Shown here: positions 1 through 10,411 of the stretch, piece after piece
How the letters are laid out: every line of letters starts with the position of its first letter
Numbering within the stretch: position 1 is the first letter of the stretch
DNA from: an uncultured Candidatus Entotheonella sp.
Lineage (GTDB): Bacteria; Tectomicrobia; Entotheonellia; Entotheonellales; Entotheonellaceae
Direction: 5' to 3'
DNA: 64,000 nt
NCBI GenBank assembly: GCA_965217185.1
Contig: OZ244252.1
Location: forward strand, 768,001-832,000
Translations under genes and position numbers: made by a program
The notes under the pieces: model-generated
The model's input: the letters and a program-made list of their open reading frames with translations, nothing else
What the model was told of the DNA's origin: nothing
Databases searched by the model: none

Positions 1-3
1 GAG

Positions 4-2730
4 TTGCGAAGCGGCTTTCAACCAGAACACATCGTGCAGGACAGACCGAAGTCCAACACACGAAAGCCTCTTGGAACTGGCACCGTGCGTACCTCACGCC
101 GGATCGCTGGCCGCGACATGGTGCTGGTTCAGTTGCACGGAACGGGCGATAGTCGCTGGTTTTCCTATGAATGTCTGGTGCGTCTCAGAGACGCGCGCAT
201 CAAATACGCCCAATCAGAGCAACGGGAACCGGACAATGCCGAGCGTTTTCGATTGAAGGTGCTGGCCTTCGCGCTCGAGTCCTGGAATCAGGTTACGGGA
301 GCATTGGATCGCCTTGACGTCGATCCCTTGCCACACCAGATCGATTTGGTGCATCGCATAATGAATTCGGACGGATGGAATTGGCTCATCGCCGATGACG
401 TCGGCTTGGGGAAAACCATTGAAGTCGGTCTGCTCCTGGCGGCAATGAAGCGGCGGCGACAAGCGCGGCGGGTGCTCGTCGTGTGTCCAGCGGGAGTGAC
501 TCGTCAGTGGCAGGACGAAATGAAATACAAGTTCAACGAGGACTTCCGCATATACGGATTGGATTTCAACATCAACCAACCATCTCACTGGTCGTCATTC
601 GACAAGGTAATCGTGTCCATCGACCGAGCAAAATCCAGTGGGCACAGCGCAATTTTCAACGATTCGGGCAATTGGGATGTCATCGTTTTCGACGAAGCTC
701 ATCATCTCAGCAAGATTGAAAGACAAGCGGTTACACAGCGTTACCGACTCGCAGAAAGCCTTCAGCAGCTTACCGATGCTTTCATATTCCTGACTGGCAC
801 ACCACACCAAGGGAGGACCGAGCAGTTCATCAATCTCTTGCTTCTGTTGCGCCCTGACCTGCGTCATCGATTCGCCACAGTGTTCACCGATCCTTCAGTA
901 GTCGCCGAGGTGATTCTGCGCAATCGCAAGAGCTTGGTGACCGATGCCAACGGTAGGTTTCTGTTTCGCGGACAGGATACTCGTCTTGTCAAGGTGGTAT
1001 TGTCCGAGGAAGCCAGAGTCTTCGACCGCAGATTGCAGAGGTATTTGAAATATGGCTACGACGCGGCAGCAACGGGTGGGACAACCGGCCGTGCCATTGG
1101 GTTTGTAATGACCACTTATCGCAAACTGGCGTCTTCCAGCATCGCCGCCATCGAGCAAGCATTACAACGCCGTATGGCTCGTCTCCAAGGAGAAGCCAGC
1201 GGAAATATACGGAATATGCACGGAGAAACTTTTGATGAGTTGGCGGAAGCTTTTCAGGAAGGTACGGATGGCCATGATGACTTGGAAGATGTGGCCGACG
1301 CCGTCCTGGCAGAGGTGACCAGCATCGGTTCGCACTCCGATACGGCTGCCCATCCCTTTTTTGACGATGAGCAACTTCAGATCCGAGAATTGCTGCATGC
1401 CGCAAAAACGGTGAAGCAAGATGATCTCAAACTGCAACGGTTTCTGATCTTTACGGAGTACCGCGCAACGCAGGAATACCTTGTCAATGTTCTTGAGAAG
1501 CTCTATCCGAGCAGTGGCGTCGCGCGAATCAACGGCAGCATGCCCCTAACTGAGAAGAGTGCCAACATCACCCATTTCAATACTCGGGCGATGTTCATGG
1601 TTTCTACTGAGGCCGGTGGTGAAGGGATCAACCTGCATGAGCGATGCCACATCCTGGTCAACTATGACTTGCCATGGAACCCGAGGCGATTGGTTCAGAG
1701 AACAGGTCGGTTGTACCGCTACGGACAAGAGGAAAGGGTAATCACATTCAATCTGATGGCAGATGAAAGTTTCGATAACAAAGCGCTTAGCATGATGCTG
1801 GAACGTGTGTACAGCATTGCAAAAGACATGTCCAAGGTAGGTTCTGAATTTCAGGAAGGGTTGGAAACCGAGATCATAGGCGAATTACTGGAGCGTATCG
1901 ACATAGCCTCGATCCTCGCCGACAACAGGACGATGGATATGGACCGCACCGAATTGGAGATAGACGAGGCTCTTACACGAGCCAAAGAAGCAAGATCTCA
2001 ACAGGAAAAGCTTTTCTCACATATCGAAGGTTATGACCCCAACGCTGCGACAGCCATGTATGCTTTTGGACCAAGAGACATTCTCTCTTTTCTGGAGGGG
2101 ATTCTTCCGTATCGCCAAGTGATGATAAGGAGCCGTTTGTATAACGGCCGGGTATTGGAATTGGAGTTGCCCGAGGAAATGCAAGGCAGATACTCCGAGT
2201 TTCCCGAGCGTGCTACGATTGTTCGCGTTACGGTTGACAGGGAATTGGCAACTCGCAACGCTCACTATGTTCCAATGGATTTCGCCAGCCCCTTTTTTTC
2301 CGACCTAATCGAATACGCCAAATCGCCCGAGTTCAAAGGAGAATACGCCAGCTTGCTCGGGCCAGCTTCGGGTTCCTGCAGCATCTACAAGATTCGTTGG
2401 CAGAACGACCAAGGCATTCCTCGTTGGGAGATGCTGTTGTCGGTGTTCCTGCCGCAGGGCAGCGAGGAAACGGTTATTGATCCTGACTTCTTCGGTAGTC
2501 TACTCACCACTCCGGCAATCGGCTCTAAACCATCTTGTTTTGGCAGTCCCGATAACCGAAAAATTCGGTTAAAGCGCATGGACAGCCGTGCCGAGGCCGA
2601 ATTGGCAAGCCGTTGCACGATCACCCGACACCCTAACGATATTGTTTTGGTGGCCGCAGCAGCCTTGGTCGCTGATGTATCAGCACACAAAAGAAGCAGG
2701 GAAGAGGAGCAAATAGGCCCCATCATATGA
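4..2730 (+). CDS. SNF2-family (RapA/DrmD-like) helicase; 5' end may lie outside the window
   Basis: ADDVGLGKT Walker A, DEAHH box, TGTPHQ, STEAGGEGINL and QRTGRLYR helicase motifs; frame is open from base 1. Confidence 0.85.
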   Translation: MRSGFQPEHIVQDRPKSNTRKPLGTGTVRTSRRIAGRDMVLVQLHGTGDSRWFSYECLVRLRDARIKYAQSEQREPDNAERFRLKVLAFALESWNQVTGALDRLDVDPLPHQIDLVHRIMNSDGWNWLIADDVGLGKTIEVGLLLAAMKRRRQARRVLVVCPAGVTRQWQDEMKYKFNEDFRIYGLDFNINQPSHWSSFDKVIVSIDRAKSSGHSAIFNDSGNWDVIVFDEAHHLSKIERQAVTQRYRLAESLQQLTDAFIFLTGTPHQGRTEQFINLLLLLRPDLRHRFATVFTDPSVVAEVILRNRKSLVTDANGRFLFRGQDTRLVKVVLSEEARVFDRRLQRYLKYGYDAAATGGTTGRAIGFVMTTYRKLASSSIAAIEQALQRRMARLQGEASGNIRNMHGETFDELAEAFQEGTDGHDDLEDVADAVLAEVTSIGSHSDTAAHPFFDDEQLQIRELLHAAKTVKQDDLKLQRFLIFTEYRATQEYLVNVLEKLYPSSGVARINGSMPLTEKSANITHFNTRAMFMVSTEAGGEGINLHERCHILVNYDLPWNPRRLVQRTGRLYRYGQEERVITFNLMADESFDNKALSMMLERVYSIAKDMSKVGSEFQEGLETEIIGELLERIDIASILADNRTMDMDRTELEIDEALTRAKEARSQQEKLFSHIEGYDPNAATAMYAFGPRDILSFLEGILPYRQVMIRSRLYNGRVLELELPEEMQGRYSEFPERATIVRVTVDRELATRNAHYVPMDFASPFFSDLIEYAKSPEFKGEYASLLGPASGSCSIYKIRWQNDQGIPRWEMLLSVFLPQGSEETVIDPDFFGSLLTTPAIGSKPSCFGSPDNRKIRLKRMDSRAEAELASRCTITRHPNDIVLVAAAALVADVSAHKRSREEEQIGPII

Positions 2731-2791
2731 CTGCGCATCTGGTTATCGTGTCACTCTCCTGCCACCCCGTCCATACAGCGAAGGATACCGA

Positions 2792-3313
2792 ATGGCGGTA
2801 TTACCCATCCGCACCTACCCGGACGGCGTGTTGCGCCGCAAGGCCCAGCCGGTTGAGCGCATTGATGACGCGCTTCAGCAACTGATCGACGATATGATCG
2901 AAACCATGTACGCGGCGCCGGGGATCGGGTTGGCCGCGCCCCAGGCTGGCGTGTCCTTGCGGGTCTTCGTCGTTGACATTACCAGCGGCCAGGATCCGAA
3001 CGGGGTGATAACGGCCATCAATCCCGAACTCAACGGCCTCGAAGGCCGCGTGCAGGCGGACGAAGGGTGCCTGAGCCTTCCCGGCATCTATGGCCCGACG
3101 CCGCGCGCCGCCGAGGTGCTGTTGCGGTGCACCAACCGCGCGGGCGAAGCGGTCGAAATCCCCGCCCAGAACCTCCTGGCACGGGCGTTTCAGCACGAAA
3201 CCGACCACCTGGAAGGGCGGTTCTTTTTCAACCGTATGGGCACTGTCGGCCGTGATATCGTCCTGCGGAAATTCAGGCGCGCTCAACGCCAGTCGCAGGG
3301 CAAGAGCAACTAG
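2792..3313 (+). CDS. def: peptide deformylase
   Basis: GIGLAAPQ, EGCLS, HETDHL motifs; precedes fmt. Confidence 0.97.
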   Translation: MAVLPIRTYPDGVLRRKAQPVERIDDALQQLIDDMIETMYAAPGIGLAAPQAGVSLRVFVVDITSGQDPNGVITAINPELNGLEGRVQADEGCLSLPGIYGPTPRAAEVLLRCTNRAGEAVEIPAQNLLARAFQHETDHLEGRFFFNRMGTVGRDIVLRKFRRAQRQSQGKSN

Positions 3314-3351
3314 ACACTTTCGGACCAGGACGGTGTGTAATCCGGGGCTTT

Positions 3352-3389
3352 CCCCCTCACCCCAACCCTCTCCCGCCGGGGGAGAGGGA
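3352..3389. repeat. BoxC-like intergenic palindromic element
   Basis: CCCCCTCACCCCAACCCTCTCCC-GCCGG-GGGAGAGGGA: pyrimidine tail plus GC hairpin. Confidence 0.65.
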
Positions 3390-3401
3390 ACGGAGTCATC
3401 C

Positions 3402-4334
3402 ATGCGGGTCATTTTCATGGGTACGGCCCCCTTTGCCGAGCCGACGTTGCGCGGCCTGTTCGCCTCGTCTCACGACGTTTTGGCGGTGGTGACGCAACCG
3501 GATCGACCGCGCGGCCGCGGCCGTAAACCATCGCCGTCGCCGATCAAGGCATTGGCCATGACGCAGGACTGCGCCGTGTTGCAGCCCGTGAGCTTGCGCC
3601 GGGATGCGGCTGTTGTTGAGCAATTGTCGTCCCTGCGCCCGGAGGCCATCGTGGTGGTGGCCTATGGCAACATTCTGCCGTCGTCGGTATTGGAAATTCC
3701 GTTGCATGGCTGCATCAACGTCCACGCTTCCCTGCTGCCGAAATACCGCGGGGCGGCGCCGATCAACTGGGCTCTGATGCGGGGGGAGGCCGTGACCGGC
3801 TGTACGGTGATCCAGATGGACGAGCACGTGGATACGGGCGACATCTGGTGGCACGACGCCTGCGACATAACGGCGGACGATGACGCCCTGAGCCTGGGCG
3901 CCCGGCTGGCGGATCTCGGCGCCGCCGGCCTGCTTGAGGTGCTTGCAGCCATCGAACAGGGAACAATGGCGCCGCACCCCCAACCCGAAGATGGCGTTTC
4001 GTATGCGCCAAAGCTGACCAAGGAATTGAGTCCTGTCGACTGGCAGCAGCCGGCCGCGGTGGTACACAATTGCGTTCGCGGCCTGGTTCCGTGGCCGGGA
4101 GCCACGACCCGTTTCGGCGACCTGGACGTCAAGCTGTGGCGCACCGCCGTCCACGACGAACCCCATGCGGAGGCGCCGGGCACGGTGACCGCGGTGACGC
4201 CGGAGGGGTTGCTTGTCGCCTGCGGCACCGATCAGCTGTTCATCCATGAGCTTCAACCGGCCAATCGGCGCCGTATGCCGGCATCCGACTTTGCGCAGGG
4301 CTACCGCGTTCAGCAGGGGCAACGGTTTGCCTGA
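3402..4334 (+). CDS. fmt: methionyl-tRNA formyltransferase
   Basis: MRVIFMGT start, QPDRPRGRG, INVHASLLPKYRGAAPI; start set at ATG 3402. Confidence 0.96.
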   Translation: MRVIFMGTAPFAEPTLRGLFASSHDVLAVVTQPDRPRGRGRKPSPSPIKALAMTQDCAVLQPVSLRRDAAVVEQLSSLRPEAIVVVAYGNILPSSVLEIPLHGCINVHASLLPKYRGAAPINWALMRGEAVTGCTVIQMDEHVDTGDIWWHDACDITADDDALSLGARLADLGAAGLLEVLAAIEQGTMAPHPQPEDGVSYAPKLTKELSPVDWQQPAAVVHNCVRGLVPWPGATTRFGDLDVKLWRTAVHDEPHAEAPGTVTAVTPEGLLVACGTDQLFIHELQPANRRRMPASDFAQGYRVQQGQRFA

Positions 4335-5697
4335 AGCTGAGCCCCGAGGCGAAACGGCACGGCAGACGGCTCTGCGCGCGCTCCACGCCATTGACGCGGA
4401 GCAGGCTTACACGGACGTGGCGCTGCGGCAGATGTTGAACGACAGCGCCCTGGAGCGGCGGGACCGGGCTTTCGTGACGGCGTGTGTGTACGGCGCGGTG
4501 CGCTGGCAGGGGCGTATCGATTGGCTGTTGTCAAAGGCGTGTAGCCGCCCGCTCGACTCTCTGACGCCCTGGATTCGCAACATCCTCAGGCTGGGAGCTT
4601 ATCAATGTTTGTGGATGGAACAGGTCCCACCTCGCGCGGCGGTGCATACCTCGGTGGAGTTGGCGCGGCGTTTTGGGCACGCCGGGGTCGCCGGTCTGGT
4701 GAACGGCGTTCTGCGAACCCTGCTGCGGCGGCACACCACGTATGCTCTGCCGGACGCCGACACGCAGCCGGCGGCGCATCTCGCGGTGGCGCACTCGCAT
4801 CCGCAATGGCTGGTTGAACGCTGGCTGGACCGTTATGGCTGGGCGCGTACGGAAGCCCTGTGCGCCGAGAATAATCGTCCCCGAGACGTCACGCTGCGGG
4901 TCAACACGTTGCGCACCGCCCCGCAGGCTTTGGCGCAGCGCCTTGTGCAAGAGGGGATGCGGCTGGTCAGGCCCTCCCGTCTGCTGGCGGAGGCGCTGGT
5001 CGTGCAGGGAACGAGTCGCTTGGACGCGCTGCCGAGTTACCGGGACGGCTTATTCCAGGTTCAGGACGAAGGCGCCATGCTGGTGGCGCCGTTGTGCCGG
5101 GCGCAGCCCGGACAGCGCGTGCTGGATGCCTGTGCAGCGCCGGGCGGCAAGACGACCCACCTTGCCCAGCTCATGAGCGATACGGGGCAGATCCTGGCCT
5201 GCGACGGGCAGGCGAGCCGCTTGCAGTTTCTGGATGCCAACGTGCGGCGTCTGCGGTTGACGAGCATCACCCACGCGGTGTCGGACAGCACCGGGCCGCT
5301 GCCGTGGTCGGGTGTCTTCGACCGTATTCTCGTGGATGCGCCGTGTTCCGGGCTGGGCGTGCTGAGCCGTCATCCTGACATCAAGTGGCGCAAAGGCTTC
5401 GAGGATCTGCAGGGCTTGCAAGCCACGCAGTTGGCGCTGCTTGAGGCGCAAAGCCGATGCCTCGCCGCTGATGGGTTGTTGGTGTATAGTGTGTGCTCCA
5501 ACGAGCCGGAGGAGACGCGCGACGTGGTGCGGATGTTCCTGGAGCGCCACCCGGAACTGCGGCTTGACGCGGTGGCCGGTGACCTTCCAAAAGAACTCGA
5601 TCAGCATTCTTCCCATATCGAAACCCTTGCCCTGACGCCGGAGCAGTATGGCACCGAGGGCGTCTTTGCGGCCCGTTTTCGCGCCCGAAACTCGTAA
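4327..5697 (+). CDS. rsmB: 16S rRNA m5C967 methyltransferase (Sun)
   Basis: NusB-like N-terminus, QVQDE, DACAAPGGKT, DAPCSG, YSVCS; TTG start overlapping the fmt stop is inferred. Confidence 0.93.
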   Translation: MPEAEPRGETARQTALRALHAIDAEQAYTDVALRQMLNDSALERRDRAFVTACVYGAVRWQGRIDWLLSKACSRPLDSLTPWIRNILRLGAYQCLWMEQVPPRAAVHTSVELARRFGHAGVAGLVNGVLRTLLRRHTTYALPDADTQPAAHLAVAHSHPQWLVERWLDRYGWARTEALCAENNRPRDVTLRVNTLRTAPQALAQRLVQEGMRLVRPSRLLAEALVVQGTSRLDALPSYRDGLFQVQDEGAMLVAPLCRAQPGQRVLDACAAPGGKTTHLAQLMSDTGQILACDGQASRLQFLDANVRRLRLTSITHAVSDSTGPLPWSGVFDRILVDAPCSGLGVLSRHPDIKWRKGFEDLQGLQATQLALLEAQSRCLAADGLLVYSVCSNEPEETRDVVRMFLERHPELRLDAVAGDLPKELDQHSSHIETLALTPEQYGTEGVFAARFRARNS

Positions 5698-5714
5698 CGT
5701 TGAGGAAGTTCCGT

Positions 5715-6362
5715 ATGGTGAAGATCGCTCCCTCGATACTGGCGGCGGATTTCACCCGTTTGGGTGAAGAGATCGCTCAGGTTGAGGCCGCCGGGGCCGA
5801 CCTGTTGCACGTCGACGTGATGGATGGTCATTTCGTGCCTAACCTGACTATCGGCCCGCCCGTGATCAAGGCCATCAAGGCGGTCACCAAGCTGCCGTTG
5901 GACGTTCATCTGATGGTCGAGCAACCGGACGCCCTGTTGCCGGATTTTATCGATGCCGGCAGTGACAATCTGACGGTTCACGTCGAAGCCTGCCGCCACC
6001 TGCACCGCACCATCCAGTCCATCAAGGATGCCGGGGTGCGCGCCAGTGTCGTCTTGAATCCCGCCACCTCGCTGCACGCCCTGGACGAGATCCTTCCCGA
6101 GGTGCATATGGTGCTTCTGATGTCGGTCAATCCGGGCTTCGGCGGACAACGCTTTCTGCCCGCGACGCTCGACAAAATCCGCGCGCTCAGGGCACAGATC
6201 GGGGAACGTCAGTTGCCGGTGTCCATCGAAGTCGATGGGGGAGTGAAGGCCGATAACGCTGCCGAGATTTGCGCTGCCGGTGCCGACGTTCTGGTGGCCG
6301 GCACGGCGATCTTCGGACAGCCGGATTACGGGGCGGCCATCCGGGCATTACGGGCTGCATAG
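5715..6362 (+). CDS. rpe: ribulose-phosphate 3-epimerase
   Basis: IAPSIL, HVDVMDGHFVPN, MSVNPGFGGQ, VDGG. Confidence 0.97.
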   Translation: MVKIAPSILAADFTRLGEEIAQVEAAGADLLHVDVMDGHFVPNLTIGPPVIKAIKAVTKLPLDVHLMVEQPDALLPDFIDAGSDNLTVHVEACRHLHRTIQSIKDAGVRASVVLNPATSLHALDEILPEVHMVLLMSVNPGFGGQRFLPATLDKIRALRAQIGERQLPVSIEVDGGVKADNAAEICAAGADVLVAGTAIFGQPDYGAAIRALRAA

Positions 6363-6395
6363 GGGTGCCGCTCGGCCTGCCAGGGGCCGCGGCGC

Positions 6396-6423
6396 TTGAC
6401 AAGGGGCCAGAAAACACAATAAT
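6396..6423 (+). promoter_or_regulatory. putative sigma70 promoter for the ffh operon
   Basis: TTGACA-16 nt-AATAAT about 50 nt upstream of ffh. Confidence 0.5.
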
Positions 6424-6472
6424 TCCCCAGTTCCCTGGCACGTTACCCGACTTGGAGACCCAAGGACGCGGC

Positions 6473-7810
6473 ATGTTTGAATCCCTTTCGGCAAAACTCG
6501 ACGGCATTTTCTCCCACCTGCGCAGGCGTGGCAAGTTGACGGAAGCCAACATCAAGGAGGCGACGCGCGAAATCCGGCTGGCGCTTCTGGAAGCGGACGT
6601 CAACTTTCAGGTCGTCAAGGATTTTGTGCAGCGGGTGCGGGAGCAGGCCCTCGGGCAGGAAGTCATGCGTAGCCTGACGCCGGGCCAGCAAGTGGTGAAG
6701 ATCGTCCGTGACGAATTGACGACCCTCATGGGATCGCAGCACGCGCCGCTTACCATGGCGTCGCCGCCGCCGACCACCTTTCTTCTGGTTGGCCTGCAGG
6801 GCTCCGGGAAGACCACCTCGGCAGCCAAGCTTGCGAGGAAGCTGCAGGAGATGGGGCGCCGCCCTTTGTTGGTGGCGGCCGACGTGTATCGCCCCGCGGC
6901 GATGGAGCAATTACGCCTGCTTGGTGAGCAGCTCGAGGTTCCCGTGGTGGTGCGACAGGATTCCCGCGACCCGGTTGACATCTGCCGGCAGGCTTTCGAG
7001 GAGGCGCCTCAGCATCAGGCCGATGCCATCGTCATTGACACGGCGGGACGGTTGCAAATTGACGAGACGCTGATGCAGGAGCTGGCGGAGATCAAGACGG
7101 CCACTAATCCCCGCTACACGTTTCTCGTGGTTGATGCAATGACCGGGCAAGAAGCGGTCAATGTGGCAACGGCCTTCAACGAGGCGGTGAGCATTGAGGG
7201 CGTGATTCTCACCAAGCTGGACGGCGACGCCCGGGGTGGGGCGGCGTTGTCGATCCAGGCGGTGGTCGGCAAGCCCATCCAATTCGTCGGGGTTGGTGAA
7301 AAGCTGGACGCCTTGGAAGCCTTCCACCCGGAGCGCATGGCGTCGAGGCTCCTTGGTATGGGCGATGTGTTGACGCTCATCGAAAGGGCCGAACAGGCCA
7401 TCGACCCCGAATCGGTTGCGGACCTTGAGTCGAAGATGCGCCAGGCGAGCTTCACGCTCGAGGACTTTCAAAGCCAATTGCGTCAGGTCAAGCAGATGGG
7501 GCCACTGGAGAATCTGATGGAGTTGATTCCGGGCCTCAAGGGCGCCAAGCTCCCGGTGGCCGGTGAGAAGGACTTGAAGAAGGTTGAGGCCATCATCGGT
7601 TCCATGACCTTGGTCGAACGGCGCAACCCGGCTCTGATCAACGGCAACCGGCGGAAGCGCATCGCCCTCGGCAGCGGCACCCGGGTGGAGGATGTTAATC
7701 GCTTACTGAAACAGTTCGGTCAGATGCGCAAGCTCATGAAGTCCATGATGACTGGCAAGGGCAAGAGCCGTCGCAGGTGGGCGGGAATGCCCATGGTACG
7801 ACCCTTTTGA
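6473..7810 (+). CDS. ffh: signal recognition particle protein
   Basis: GLQGSGKTT, DTAGR, TKLDGDARGG, M domain. Confidence 0.98.
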   Translation: MFESLSAKLDGIFSHLRRRGKLTEANIKEATREIRLALLEADVNFQVVKDFVQRVREQALGQEVMRSLTPGQQVVKIVRDELTTLMGSQHAPLTMASPPPTTFLLVGLQGSGKTTSAAKLARKLQEMGRRPLLVAADVYRPAAMEQLRLLGEQLEVPVVVRQDSRDPVDICRQAFEEAPQHQADAIVIDTAGRLQIDETLMQELAEIKTATNPRYTFLVVDAMTGQEAVNVATAFNEAVSIEGVILTKLDGDARGGAALSIQAVVGKPIQFVGVGEKLDALEAFHPERMASRLLGMGDVLTLIERAEQAIDPESVADLESKMRQASFTLEDFQSQLRQVKQMGPLENLMELIPGLKGAKLPVAGEKDLKKVEAIIGSMTLVERRNPALINGNRRKRIALGSGTRVEDVNRLLKQFGQMRKLMKSMMTGKGKSRRRWAGMPMVRPF

Positions 7811-7848
7811 GGGGTGATCTTTTTACAATTTCAACATGAGGTGTTCGA

Positions 7849-8130
7849 GTGGCTGTTCGTATTCGCCTGAAACGCATGGGCGCCAAGAAGCGTCCTTTCT
7901 ATCGTATTATCGTAGCCGACGCGCGGGCACCGCGTGACGGTCGGTTCATTGAGACGTTGGGGACCTACAACCCGCTTACGGAGCCGTCTGAGGTGAAGCT
8001 GGCGGAAGACAAAATCCGCCTGTGGCTGGCGCGGGGAGCGCAGCCCTCCGACCCTGTGCGCGATATCTTGAAACGCCAAGGGTTGTTGGGTTCGGGAAGC
8101 GCCGTTGCGGTGTCTGAGGAAGAAAGCTGA
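7849..8130 (+). CDS. rpsP: 30S ribosomal protein S16
   Basis: [25 protein letters not shown]. Confidence 0.97.
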   Translation: MAVRIRLKRMGAKKRPFYRIIVADARAPRDGRFIETLGTYNPLTEPSEVKLAEDKIRLWLARGAQPSDPVRDILKRQGLLGSGSAVAVSEEES

Positions 8131-8163
8131 TCGCCTGTAACCGGTGGCAGGGGATACGGCAGG

Positions 8164-8676
8164 ATGGAGCACGAAAAGCTCGTTGCCATTGGTCGTTTTA
8201 CGAAGCCGCATGGCGTTCGGGGCGAACTGGTCTTCCTGCCGTATGTGTCTGACGTGGCGCTGCTGCCCGACCTCAGTGACCGGCAGGTGCGAATACGGCA
8301 CAAGACGGCCCGCGCGCAGATATGCACGATTCTGGCGTGGCGTATAGCCCATAGCCGGGTGCTGGTGCAAATCGAAAGCTGTCGAGACCTATCCGAGGCG
8401 GAATTACTGCGAGATTACGAAGTGGTCGTCCCGTGCCAGTGGTTTTCTCCCTTGCCCGTCGGTGAATACTACTGGTTTGAAATCGAAGGTCTGACCGTGT
8501 ACGCCGGCGACGGACAGGCGTTGGGCATCGTGACGGACATCATTCACACCGGCAGCAACGATGTCTACGTTGTCAGCCATGATGGCCGGGAGACCCTGGT
8601 GCCAGCCCTTAAAGACATTGTCCGCACCATTGACCTGAAGGGCGGTGCGATGTACCTCCACAACCTGCCCGGCTGA
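8164..8676 (+). CDS. rimM: ribosome maturation factor RimM
   Basis: KPHGVRGE, GEYYW, GSNDVYVV; position after rpsP. Confidence 0.94.
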   Translation: MEHEKLVAIGRFTKPHGVRGELVFLPYVSDVALLPDLSDRQVRIRHKTARAQICTILAWRIAHSRVLVQIESCRDLSEAELLRDYEVVVPCQWFSPLPVGEYYWFEIEGLTVYAGDGQALGIVTDIIHTGSNDVYVVSHDGRETLVPALKDIVRTIDLKGGAMYLHNLPG

Positions 8677-8691
8677 ACTGACCCGTACACG

Positions 8692-9438
8692 ATGGACGTT
8701 CACATCCTCACCATTTTCCCCGGCATGTTTATCTCACCCCTGCAGGCGAGCATCCTGCAGCGGGCGCAGGCGCACCAGCACCTTCGCGTGACCGTGCATG
8801 ACCTGCGCGATTTTGCTTCGGGGCGGCATCGGGTAACCGACGACAGCCCCTACGGCGGCGGTGCCGGCATGGTGATGAAGCCGGAGCCGATTGTCGCGGG
8901 CATTCAGGCGCTGCAGGAACGCTTTGGACCGGCTTACGTCATGTTGATGAGCCCGCAGGGCAGGGTGCTCGACCAGGAATTTGCCAAGACTTTGCTGGGT
9001 CATTCATGCGTGGTGCTCATTTGCGGCCGCTACAGCGGGGTCGACGCCCGCGTTATGCCGTACATTGACGCCGAACTTTCGATTGGCGATTACGTGTTGA
9101 CGGGCGGCGAGCTGCCGGCCATGGTGGTGTTGGACGTGGTGGGGCGAATGATTCCCGGCGTTGTAGGAGATCGCCAATCGGTGGAGGAGGATTCGTTTTT
9201 CAACGGCCTGTTGCAGGGGCCGCAATACACGCGGCCAGAAACCTTCGACGGCGTCCGCGTACCGGCCACTCTGCTGTCCGGAGATCACGCCGCGATTGCC
9301 GAATGGCGGCACCGGCAGGCCCTGCAGACGACGCTGAAAAGGCGTCCGGACCTGTTGGAGCGCGCCGCACTGACGCCGCAGGACCGAGCAGTCCTGCGGG
9401 AAATAGGCCGTGAAGAAACGAACCCGCATGAGCCATGA
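8692..9438 (+). CDS. trmD: tRNA m1G37 methyltransferase
   Basis: DDSPYGGGAGMVMKPEP, SIGDYVLTGGE, PQYTRP. Confidence 0.97.
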   Translation: MDVHILTIFPGMFISPLQASILQRAQAHQHLRVTVHDLRDFASGRHRVTDDSPYGGGAGMVMKPEPIVAGIQALQERFGPAYVMLMSPQGRVLDQEFAKTLLGHSCVVLICGRYSGVDARVMPYIDAELSIGDYVLTGGELPAMVVLDVVGRMIPGVVGDRQSVEEDSFFNGLLQGPQYTRPETFDGVRVPATLLSGDHAAIAEWRHRQALQTTLKRRPDLLERAALTPQDRAVLREIGREETNPHEP

Positions 9439-9994
9439 CCGCCCTCAGTTGTTCGTCGCGCTGTTGCATTTTCCCGTGTATAACAAGAACCGCGAGGTGA
9501 TTGCCACCTCGCTGACGACAGTCAACCTGCACGATCTCGCCCGGTTGGTCACGACGTATGGCGTTATGGGCTGTTACGTGGTGACGCCGTTCCAGCGCCA
9601 GCGCGAGTTGGCCTGTCGGATGATCGTTCACTGGACCGAAGGATACGGTGCTGCCTATAATTCGACGCGCGCCGAGGCGCTGCAGCATCTTTGCATTGTC
9701 GATAGCCTTGTAGAGGTCGAGCAGGACATTTCGCGGCGATGTGGAAGCGCACCCCATACCATTGCAACGGATGCACGACGGTTTCCCCAGTGCACGTCGT
9801 ACGCCGACCTGCGAGACATCATTTGGCGGCAGCGGGACGCTTTCCTGCTGCTTTTGGGGACGGGGTGGGGACTTACGGACGAACTGATGGCTGGCTGTAA
9901 CTACATCCTGGCTCCTATTGCTGTTGGTACCCGATACAATCACCTGCCGGTACGGGTCGCGGCAGGTATTATGCTCGACCGGCTGCTCGGTTGA
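9428..9994 (+). CDS. SPOUT-class RNA methyltransferase of the type found after trmD
   Basis: ALLHFPV, LHDLAR, GTGWGL, YNHLPVR; between trmD and rplS. Confidence 0.85.
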   Translation: MSHDRPQLFVALLHFPVYNKNREVIATSLTTVNLHDLARLVTTYGVMGCYVVTPFQRQRELACRMIVHWTEGYGAAYNSTRAEALQHLCIVDSLVEVEQDISRRCGSAPHTIATDARRFPQCTSYADLRDIIWRQRDAFLLLLGTGWGLTDELMAGCNYILAPIAVGTRYNHLPVRVAAGIMLDRLLG

Positions 9995-10049
9995 GTCGAC
10001 GCGATGGGAAGAGCCGGGCCCCTTCATATTTTGTTGAGGAAATAACGTT

Positions 10050-10400
10050 ATGCATGCGTTAATGGATATTGAACAAACCCAGATGAAGCGGGATCTGCCC
10101 GAGTTTCGCGCCGGCGATACGGTGCGGGTGCAGGTGCGCATTATTGAGGGTACCCGCGAGCGCGTGCAGGCGTTCGAGGGCGTGGTACTTGCGATCAGTG
10201 GTAGCGGCGTTCGTCGTACCTTCACCGTGCGCAAGGTTTCCTCGGGCATCGGGGTGGAGCGGGTTTTCCCTTTGCATTCGCCGAGGATTGACGCCATTGA
10301 AGTCGTGCGGCGCGGACGGGTTCGCCGCGCCAAGTTGTTTTACCTGCGCAAGCTGAGGGGCAAAGCGGCGCGCATCAAAGAGCGTCGTACGCGCGTCTGA
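10050..10400 (+). CDS. rplS: 50S ribosomal protein L19
   Basis: [28 protein letters not shown]. Confidence 0.98.
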   Translation: MHALMDIEQTQMKRDLPEFRAGDTVRVQVRIIEGTRERVQAFEGVVLAISGSGVRRTFTVRKVSSGIGVERVFPLHSPRIDAIEVVRRGRVRRAKLFYLRKLRGKAARIKERRTRV

Positions 10401-10411
10401 GGATCGGGTGC

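Noticed and set aside
3090..3401. N-terminal extension of fmt
   Set aside because: Overlaps def and the palindromic repeat; the canonical Fmt start is at 3402
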